The position numbers were made by a program, and so were the translations under genes. Below are positions 24,952 to 32,000 of a stretch of 32,000 nucleotides of DNA, piece after piece; the stretch's first letter is position 1, and each line of letters begins with the position of its first letter. Origin of the DNA: Thermodesulfobacterium commune DSM 2178 (GTDB taxonomy: Bacteria > Desulfobacterota > Thermodesulfobacteria > Thermodesulfobacteriales > Thermodesulfobacteriaceae); NCBI RefSeq assembly GCF_000734015.1, contig NZ_CP008796.1, positions 1,500,001-1,532,000 on the forward strand, in the 5' to 3' direction. A model generated the notes under the pieces. It searched no databases, was not told the DNA's origin, and was given only the letters and a program-made list of their open reading frames with translations.

Positions 24952-26265
24952 ATGGAAATTTTAAAAGATTTCTTAATCAGTTTTAATTATTTTATTGGTT
25001 TTTATTATGCTACTTTAAACACCTTTTATACTATACTTTTGTTACTTTCTTTTTTGGCTACAGTTGAATACTTGAAATACCTCAGGTTTTATAACTTCCA
25101 GGAATTAAAGCTTTATCCACAGCTTCCTCCTGTCAGTGTTATCATACCGGTTTATAATGAAGAAGAGGTAATTCTAAGGACAATACACTCAGCCTTAAGC
25201 CTTGATTATCCTTATTTTGAAATAATAGTGGTTAACGACGGTTCCATCGATGAAACCTGGAAGATTCTGACTGAAAGATTTCAGTTGAAAAAAATACCAT
25301 TTTTCATCTATCGTAAAACTCTTCAAACAGCCGAGGTAAGGGGAGTTTATCGCTCTTTGGTGTATCCGAACCTTTGGGTAGTAGATAAAGAAAGGGGAGG
25401 CAAGTTTGATGCTCTTAACTGTGGGTTAAACTTTGCTCAATATCCTTATGTTTGTACCGTAGATGCAGATACTGTACTAGAAGTAGATTCTCTTTTAAGG
25501 TTAGGTAGGAAGATTTTAGAAAGTGAGGTTCCTGTTTTAGCCTTGGGAGGGGTAGTTAGGGTTTTAAACGGGGTAAAATTAGAAAAAAGCAAAGTCTCTT
25601 CGATAGAACTTCCTAAAAAAGCCTTGCCTATTTTTCAAATAGTTGAATACATTCGTGGATTTCTTTTCGGAAGATTGGGTTGGGAAAGATTAAATGGTAC
25701 TTTGATTCTTTCAGGTGCTTTTAGCCTTTTTAACAGGGAGGCCTTGCTTCAAGTAGGTGGTTTTAACAACCTTACGGTTACAGAGGATTTTGAAATAGTC
25801 TTAAGGTTGCATAAACATTTTAGAGAAAAGAAGGAAGACTATTACATAGGGTTTCTTCCTGACCCTGTTTGCTGGACAGAGGTCCCTGAAACCTTGGGAG
25901 AACTTTCCAAACAAAGAAGGAGATGGCATTTAGGATTATTACAGACTTTATGGTTTTATAAAAGAATGTTTTTTAATCCCAAATACGGAAGGATAGGATG
26001 TTTGGTTATGCCTTTTTACTTTTTTGAAGCAGTTGGGGCAGTGGTAGAAACCTTAGGCTATCCTATAGTTTTTTTGTGTTATTTTTTTGGAATATTAAGC
26101 TTTGAGTTTTTGGTTTTATTTTTAACCTTAGCGATAGGTTATGGTATTTTTCTTTCAGTAGGAGGTATCTTTTTGGAAGAAATGAGTTTTAAAAGGTATC
26201 CTCGATGGTCTCAAGTTCTTAGGCTTCTGCTTTATGGAATAGCAGAAAACTTAGGTTATAGATAA
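24952..26265 (+). CDS. processive family-2 glycosyltransferase (PgaC/IcaA/cellulose-synthase-like polysaccharide synthase), possibly C-terminally truncated
   Basis: VIIPVYNEE, VVNDGS, GGKFDALN, VDADT, TEDFE and QRRRW (QxxRW) motifs, flanked by N- and C-terminal TM helices. The in-frame TAA at 26263 is followed by 29 further open codons. Confidence 0.85.
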   Translation: MEILKDFLISFNYFIGFYYATLNTFYTILLLLSFLATVEYLKYLRFYNFQELKLYPQLPPVSVIIPVYNEEEVILRTIHSALSLDYPYFEIIVVNDGSIDETWKILTERFQLKKIPFFIYRKTLQTAEVRGVYRSLVYPNLWVVDKERGGKFDALNCGLNFAQYPYVCTVDADTVLEVDSLLRLGRKILESEVPVLALGGVVRVLNGVKLEKSKVSSIELPKKALPIFQIVEYIRGFLFGRLGWERLNGTLILSGAFSLFNREALLQVGGFNNLTVTEDFEIVLRLHKHFREKKEDYYIGFLPDPVCWTEVPETLGELSKQRRRWHLGLLQTLWFYKRMFFNPKYGRIGCLVMPFYFFEAVGAVVETLGYPIVFLCYFFGILSFEFLVLFLTLAIGYGIFLSVGGIFLEEMSFKRYPRWSQVLRLLLYGIAENLGYR

Positions 26266-26359
26266 ATCACCAGCTTTTTCAGGTTTCAGGCTACCCTCCA
26301 ATTTTTGTTGGGCTATAAGAAATGGGAGGTAGTCAAAAAAGTCAAGGTGTTATAACTAA

Positions 26360-28747
26360 ATGGTGTTGAATAAATTTTTGTTTTTAGGACAAGAGGCTTT
26401 AAATAGAGGGGATTATCAAGAAGCTTTAAACTTATTTAAAGAGGCTATAAATCATCAAGGATTTAAAAAAGAGGGATGGTTAGGGGTGGCTGAAGCTTAC
26501 TATCATCTCAATGATTTCTCCTCTGCCCTTTGGGCTTATCATAAATTACTTGAAATAGACCCACAAAATGAAAGAGCTCAAAAAAAGATAGAAGAGATAG
26601 GAGAGCTATTAAAAGACGTGCAAATTAAACATTCCCATCAAGAAATTAGATTTAAGACTGAAGGAGACTATGTTTACATTAAAAAACAAAAAAATTGGGA
26701 AAAATTCTGGATAAAAGGGATTAACCTCGGGCTTACTCTTCCTGGTTATTTCCCTGGAGAGTATCCGATAAAAATGAAAACTTATTTGAAATGGTTTCAA
26801 TTAATCCATGAAATGGGGATAAACACCATTCGAGTATACGCTCTTCAATCTCCAGGGTTTTATCAGGCACTATATGAGTTTAACCAAAAAGAGCCTAAGC
26901 TTTTTTTGCTGCAGGGAATTTGGTATGAACCTGAGAGGGCAGAGGTACTCGATGATTTAGAGTTTTTAAACAGGTTAAAAACCCATATAAGGGATGTGGT
27001 TGATGCTGTTCATGGAAATGCCAGCCTCCCTGAAAGACCTGGGTTCCCTTCGGGAAAATATCTGTGGGATATATCCCCTTTCTTGTTAGGATATCTTTTT
27101 GGAAGAGAACCTGAAGCCTGTTTGGTTAAAGGATATAACGAACGTTATGCGAGAAAAGATAAAGATTTCTACGGAAAATATCTTTACATAGAAAAAGGGA
27201 ATCCCTTTGAGGTGTGGAATACTCAGATTTTAGACTATCTTTTAAACTATTCTTATGAGACCTATGGGCATTTACCGTTGGTTTCTGTGGTAAACTGGAT
27301 ACCCCTTGACCCTATAGAACATCCTACGGAAAGCAACATAGAAGATGAAGAGTCTTTTTTTATCGGAGTAAAACCTAACTTAAAAAAATGTAACGAGAAC
27401 GAAGACATGGAAGTTTTTGATACCTATAAAATAAAAAGCTCTTTTAACTGTTTTTTTTCTTCATATCACGTTTATCCCTACTATCCAGATTTTATGAACT
27501 ATGAGTTTTTAACAGAAAAAAGACCTTATTTGGCTTACTTAAAGCGTCTCAAAGAACATCATAAAGGGCAAGCCTTGTTAATCGCAGAGTTTGGTATACC
27601 TACAAGTAGAGCTTCTGCTCACTGGCAAGTCCATGGTTGGACTCATGGTGGAAAAAATGAGGTTGAACAAGGAAGAATCTTGGTAGAGATGATCAAAGAC
27701 ATTGAAAAGGCAAACTGTACAGGATATGTGATTTTTAGCTGGGCTGACGAATGGTTTAAAGTAAACTGGCTTTTTATGAAGTACTATTTACCAAGAGAGA
27801 GAAAGTCTCTATGGTTTAATCTGCAGGACCCAGAGGAAAACTACGGACTTTTAGAAGTATATCCTGGATATCCTAAAAAGATAGTTTCTTTATCTGGTGA
27901 ACTTAAAGAATGGGAAGAAGCTTTCATAGCTTACAAAAACTTTAACCCTCTAAACAAAGAAGGAGAGATAAAATCGATAAGACTTACTAATGATGAGGGT
28001 TTTTTGTACATCCTGGTAGAGGTCTCAACAAAGATAAATTTAAAAGAGACTCAATTTTTTGTCGGGATAGATACTGGACATAAAGAATATGGTGAATTTT
28101 CTTTCCCTGCTGGTATCAACCTTGTTTCTCCTGTAGGGCTAAAATTTTTGTTGCATATTACCGGAAAAGAAAGTTCCAGATTACTTGTGGCTTCGTCTTA
28201 TAATAAAATGCTTTCCCATGACAAATTTTTTTCTCCTAAAAAAGAGGTTTTTCCGCAAAAAAGCCTTGCAGGAAAATGGAACTTGATATTATGTAAGACC
28301 AACATGAGAAGGGTTACCAAAGATTTTAAAAAACTTTTTGGTCCAAAATTTTATAACTTAAGTAGCCTAAGGTTTGGTAGCCTTAAGCCAGAAAATCCAG
28401 ATTTTGATAGTTTAGCAGATTTTTACATAAAAGATAACTTGATAGAGATCAGGCTACCTTGGGAGCTTTTAAATTTTTCAGACCCAAGCTCAAGAAAAAT
28501 GTTTTGGAAGGAAAAAGATATCCTTTGGAAGGAGTCTGACGGTATCCGGGTGGTGGTGATAAGTTACAAGCCTGCCCCATTAAACCCTCCCAGAGCTTTA
28601 AAAGTACTTGATTTTAGGCCTAATCCTTCAGAAAAGGACAAAATTAATACGTATGTTTGGGAAAAATGGAACGTTCCCTCTTTTCATACCCGTTTAAAAA
28701 AGAGTTATTTTATTTTACAAAGGTACTTAAAAAATGAGAAAAATTAG
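26360..28747 (+). CDS. TPR plus TIM-barrel glycosidase-like protein with a large uncharacterised C-terminal region
   Basis: N-terminal TPR units (YQEALNLFKEAI.., AYYHLNDFSSALWAYHKLLEIDPQN). GINTIRVY, HVYPYYP, IAEFGIPTS and FSWADEW are landmarks reminiscent of clan GH-A hydrolases. No signal peptide is evident. Confidence 0.7.
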   Translation: MVLNKFLFLGQEALNRGDYQEALNLFKEAINHQGFKKEGWLGVAEAYYHLNDFSSALWAYHKLLEIDPQNERAQKKIEEIGELLKDVQIKHSHQEIRFKTEGDYVYIKKQKNWEKFWIKGINLGLTLPGYFPGEYPIKMKTYLKWFQLIHEMGINTIRVYALQSPGFYQALYEFNQKEPKLFLLQGIWYEPERAEVLDDLEFLNRLKTHIRDVVDAVHGNASLPERPGFPSGKYLWDISPFLLGYLFGREPEACLVKGYNERYARKDKDFYGKYLYIEKGNPFEVWNTQILDYLLNYSYETYGHLPLVSVVNWIPLDPIEHPTESNIEDEESFFIGVKPNLKKCNENEDMEVFDTYKIKSSFNCFFSSYHVYPYYPDFMNYEFLTEKRPYLAYLKRLKEHHKGQALLIAEFGIPTSRASAHWQVHGWTHGGKNEVEQGRILVEMIKDIEKANCTGYVIFSWADEWFKVNWLFMKYYLPRERKSLWFNLQDPEENYGLLEVYPGYPKKIVSLSGELKEWEEAFIAYKNFNPLNKEGEIKSIRLTNDEGFLYILVEVSTKINLKETQFFVGIDTGHKEYGEFSFPAGINLVSPVGLKFLLHITGKESSRLLVASSYNKMLSHDKFFSPKKEVFPQKSLAGKWNLILCKTNMRRVTKDFKKLFGPKFYNLSSLRFGSLKPENPDFDSLADFYIKDNLIEIRLPWELLNFSDPSSRKMFWKEKDILWKESDGIRVVVISYKPAPLNPPRALKVLDFRPNPSEKDKINTYVWEKWNVPSFHTRLKKSYFILQRYLKNEKN

Positions 28748-29534
28748 CAGAAGAGAAACGTTAAAGTTACTAGTTTTGTCAAGCCTTGGAAGTTTGACTC
28801 CTAACTCTTTGGTTTTTTCCTCTGAGGAAAAAAAGGCTTCTCAAGAGGAAAGTTTCCCGGTTTTACTTTATCATGAGATAGCCTATGAACCTCTTACACC
28901 TTATACCGTTACCCCTGAGGAGTTTTTTTCTCAGATGGAAATTCTTTACTCATCAGGGTTTGAGACCCTTTTACCACAGGAATTAGACCAAAGTTTGGCA
29001 AAAAAAAGAAAAAAGATTATGCTTACCTTTGACGACGGGAGTTATACCTTTTTGGAATATGCCTATCCTCTTTTAAGAGAGTACAGGTTTAAGGTGGTGA
29101 TGAATGTTATAGGTAGTAAAGTTGGTAAAGGCTGGTTCATAAGCTGGGATGAATATAGAGAAATTCTCGATGAAGGCTTACTTGAGATAGGATGCCATAG
29201 CTATGATTTTCACTTTCCTAACTGGAGTAAAAAGTTGAGCTTGAAAAAGTTTGAGGAGGATCTTTTAAGGTTTAAAGAAGAGGCTTTTAAACACCTAAAA
29301 ATCGAGGTTACTACCTTTTCGTCTCCTTTGGGAGAAAGGTTAACTTCTGAGCATGTTAAAGTTTTAAAAAAGCTTGGGTTTAAATATATCTTTATGTCTG
29401 AAGAAGAAACTATAGAGAAAACTTATTATAACCCTGCCTTAAATTCTCAGTTTATCCCAAGGTTTAATTTGAACCATTATTTTAGTTTAGAAGACTTTAA
29501 AAACTTGGTTATGAAAGGAGGAGAGAACCTATGA
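28734..29534 (+). CDS. polysaccharide deacetylase (CE4 / NodB-homology, PgaB/IcaB-like)
   Basis: LTFDDGSY motif, HSYDFH histidine motif, and an N-terminal SRRETLK twin-arginine-like signal. It overlaps the upstream gene by 14 nt. Confidence 0.8.
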   Translation: MRKISRRETLKLLVLSSLGSLTPNSLVFSSEEKKASQEESFPVLLYHEIAYEPLTPYTVTPEEFFSQMEILYSSGFETLLPQELDQSLAKKRKKIMLTFDDGSYTFLEYAYPLLREYRFKVVMNVIGSKVGKGWFISWDEYREILDEGLLEIGCHSYDFHFPNWSKKLSLKKFEEDLLRFKEEAFKHLKIEVTTFSSPLGERLTSEHVKVLKKLGFKYIFMSEEETIEKTYYNPALNSQFIPRFNLNHYFSLEDFKNLVMKGGENL

Positions 29535-30463
29535 AAAAATTGGGGGTTGTGATTTTATTTTTGATTTTATTGTTTTTAGGACAAAGTTATGGATTAGCAG
29601 AAACTATGGTTTTAACCTCTCAAAATACACACAAGGAACAGTCCTTTCAGCATAAAAAAGCAGGAGATGAGCTGTTTAAGAAAGGAGAGATCAAAAAAGC
29701 TGCTATAGAATATATAGAAGCTCTTCGGTTGTATAAAGATTATGAGATAGAAGAGCTTATTACCATGGCTACCAGAATTTCTTGGGGAGGAAAACTAAAG
29801 GAATCAGAAGAGATTTTAAGAGAGGTTTTGAAAAAAGACCCTCAAAATCGCAGAGCAATCCTACAGCTGGCAAGGGTGCTTTCTTGGCAAGGAAGACAGA
29901 TAGAAGCTTTAAGTATGGTTGACGCTTTGCTTAAAAAAGCCCCTGCTGATGAAGAAGCTTTGTTGGTTAAGGCTAATGCTTTGAGGTTTTTGGGAAGGCC
30001 TGATAAGGCTTTAGATCTGTACGATCAAATCCTTGCCAAAAGGGATGATTTTGACGCCAGGTTAGGTAAGGCTTATGCTTATGGTAGTTTAAGGATACCT
30101 TCTAAATTAGAAGAAAATTTTAAACTCTTAAAGCCAGGGTATCCTTATCAGGAAAAAGACGTAAAAGACCTTGAGTTGTATAAAAAATCTATCTTTAATC
30201 CTGCTGTATTAACAGGATTTTCTTATTTTCATGATACCGACGAAAACGAAGTTTATACCTATCGGTTAGGGTTTGAAACCTATCTGAAAGACTTTAGGGT
30301 GGCGGGTAATTATATCTATAGGGAGGGCTCAGATAATCTGCGAACCTCTTACTCTGATGAATTAATCTTTGAAGTAGGTAAGAGGTTAACCCATCCTCTA
30401 TGGGGTTCTGTTTCCTTAGGTTTTTCTCAAGGAGGAAAAGATAAGACCTTTGTGATAGGAGGG
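29531..30463 (+). pseudogene. TPR plus beta-barrel exopolysaccharide export porin (PgaA/BcsC/PelB-type), 5' part, disrupted by the IS
   Basis: Signal peptide MKKLGVVILFLILLFLGQSYGLAE, several TPR units, then alternating beta-strand-like sequence. The native sequence stops at 30463. ORF-track residues beyond that point (TLVKRIVSPYK...) are IS-encoded. Confidence 0.8.
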
Positions 30464-31801
30464 ACACTTGTCAAGAGAATTGTGTCTCCTTATAAAATCT
30501 CTTTACAAACATTTGCCTCAATTCGTATAAAGCAGACTTAATTAAAGGAAGTGGTTTTTGCCATCTCGTTTTCTGAATCCGACTTACTGTTATGTATATC
30601 GCAACCTCTGCTGTCTTGATTGATTGAAAATATCCCCCTGTATTTACCCTTATCAGCTCTATCCTGCTATTTATATTCTCAACCACATTCGTCGTGTATA
30701 TATACCTCCTCACCCCCTCAGGATATTTCTTATAAACAAAATAATGCTCCTTCTTTTTCAAAAGTCCCTTTATATAAGCTGGATACTTCTTCTCATAACT
30801 CTTACATAATTCCTCAAATCTAATTAAGGCCCTCTCATACTCCTCTATCCTCTTTATAATGCTTAACTCCTCATAAAATTTTTTAGCATCCTGCTTAGAC
30901 ATGTTCCTGTTGATGTTCCTTTGCATGTGTACAAAACAAAGCTGATGATCTGTCTCAGGAAAAAGGGCTTTTATGGCTTGAGCAAGGCCAGGAAAATCAT
31001 CACTCACTATTACCATAACCCTCTTAACTCCCCTCTTTATCAAATCATTAAGTATCTGGAGCCAGTCCTCCTTCGTCTCTGAACCAAAATAAATGTAATA
31101 AGAAAGTAAATTTTTTCTTCCCTCCATATCTATTCCGATGATATTATAAATAACTGCTTTTCTGATTCTGTTGGCTTCGGTATCTTTTATCTGAGTATGA
31201 TAAGCGTCTATAAACATAGCAAACAAATTTTCTGGCAATTCTTTGGTTTTTAATTCTTTGGCTTGGTTATACAATTCTTCTTTAATTTCTTCTATTTGTT
31301 CTGGAGAGTAGGGAAGTTTCATAGATTGCAAGAGGGCTTTGATTTTATTGGGGGAGTAGCTTTGGAGAACGAGGTTAAGGATAAAGTCCTGGAAAGATTC
31401 ATCAGCTTTTTGCCATTCAGGAGGAAGAATAGCAGGTCTGAATTCAGATTTTCTATCTCTTGGGACAGAGATACCAAGGTTACCTAAGAAACAGGCAAGT
31501 TGTCTTTCATAGTAACCATTAGCTTTATTATCAATACTATCTCTAAGGAATATTTCTCTTTCTTTTTTCATGAGAGCGTTTAAGAGGAGTGCAGCAGCCA
31601 TTTTGATACCCTCTTTTGATTCAATTTTTGAGATTTCACTTAAAACTTTTTCTAAATCTAAGTCTAAGTTTTTCATTTTACAGACCTCCTGGTTAGTTTA
31701 GTCTTTTAGGTTTTATGTTATCATTAATTTAAAAAATATTAAAAATTTTTATTATGCCTCTAAAATATTTTATTAAAAGACACAATTTATATTCTACTCC
31801 C
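30464..31801 (-). mobile_element. IS256-family insertion sequence (1338 bp)
   Basis: Flanked by the 9-bp direct repeat ATAGGAGGG (30455-30463 and 31802-31810). The inverted core AATTGTGTCT lies 14 nt inside each end (30478-30487 and 31778-31787). Contains one intact transposase gene. Confidence 0.85.
30471..31676 (-). CDS. IS256-family (Mutator-like) transposase
   Basis: 401 aa. ANGYYER...VPRDRKSEFRP, D..Y (FIDAYH), VSDDFPGL, QLCFVHMQRN and TTNVVENINS motifs are typical of IS256 transposases. Confidence 0.9.
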   Translation of the reverse strand: MKNLDLDLEKVLSEISKIESKEGIKMAAALLLNALMKKEREIFLRDSIDNKANGYYERQLACFLGNLGISVPRDRKSEFRPAILPPEWQKADESFQDFILNLVLQSYSPNKIKALLQSMKLPYSPEQIEEIKEELYNQAKELKTKELPENLFAMFIDAYHTQIKDTEANRIRKAVIYNIIGIDMEGRKNLLSYYIYFGSETKEDWLQILNDLIKRGVKRVMVIVSDDFPGLAQAIKALFPETDHQLCFVHMQRNINRNMSKQDAKKFYEELSIIKRIEEYERALIRFEELCKSYEKKYPAYIKGLLKKKEHYFVYKKYPEGVRRYIYTTNVVENINSRIELIRVNTGGYFQSIKTAEVAIYITVSRIQKTRWQKPLPLIKSALYELRQMFVKRFYKETQFS

Positions 31802-32000
31802 ATAGGAGGGGTTGGTTTAAATCTGTTGGCTGGGAGAGGTAGTGTGGGTTTAAATGTTAATAAAAGTGTCTTGACAGATACCGCAGAGCTTATGGAAGAC
31901 GTAATAAGGGTTTTATCGATAAATTGTTTTATTAATCAGTCGGTTACAGACCGTATTTCTTTTTATGCTAATTATAATCGTCGTTGGTATTCAGATGATA
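31802..32000 (+). pseudogene. 3' continuation of the disrupted porin gene (runs off the window)
   Basis: Reading from 31802 in the frame set by the duplicated ATA GGA GGG gives 66 stop-free codons (IGGVGLNLLAGRGSVGLNVNKSV...SFYANYNRRWYSDD) with beta-barrel-like alternation. Confidence 0.75.

Noticed and set aside
30464-30541. C-terminal 26 residues of the ORF-track protein 29531..30541 (TLVKRIVSPYKISLQTFASIRIKQT)
   Set aside because: These residues are encoded by the antisense strand of the IS256 element's end, not by the porin gene. The native reading frame resumes at 31802.
19280-31487. Further nested ORFs (19280-19477, 20666-20935, 21928-22125, 24446-24766, 26609-26800, 30620-30823, 30624-30809, 31263-31487)
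   Set aside because: The same reasoning applies. They are shadows of prfA, the transposase genes, the secreted protein gene and the EPS genes.

Overview
Chromosomal window from a low-GC bacterium with Lys/Glu/Ile-rich proteins, probably a thermophile. The exact lineage cannot be established from this sequence alone. About two thirds is tightly packed housekeeping. On the + strand there is a trpB-trpA-aroB-dapF-dapA block, then an iron-sulfur flavoprotein / Crp-Fnr regulator / arsC trio, then rpmE-prfA. On the - strand a cluster runs radical-SAM - uvrB - rsmB - ferritin - dnaE. The accessory content is: (1) two identical parS-type 16-bp palindromes 970 bp apart, one buried in a 36-bp perfect palindrome that also looks like the dapA terminator; (2) a three-gene c-di-GMP module (unknown 188-aa protein, CBS-GGDEF cyclase, EAL phosphodiesterase); (3) mobile-element debris, namely an internally deleted IS1380-like element with recognisable inverted ends, a second solo copy of its left end, an abutting 337-bp MITE-like element, and an intact IS256-family element; (4) a five-gene synthase-dependent exopolysaccharide locus (membrane HEAT-repeat protein, processive GT2 synthase, TPR plus glycosidase-like protein, CE4 deacetylase, TPR plus beta-barrel porin). 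This locus has a PNAG-like logic but a non-canonical accessory set, and it seems to be decaying. The porin gene is split by the IS256 element with a 9-bp target duplication, and the synthase carries an in-frame TAA 30 codons before the apparent original end. A divergent gene next to the locus encodes a secreted protein with extreme Tyr/Pro/Gln-rich low complexity. I saw no rRNA, tRNA or CRISPR array. All homology calls come from motif recognition by eye, not database searches.
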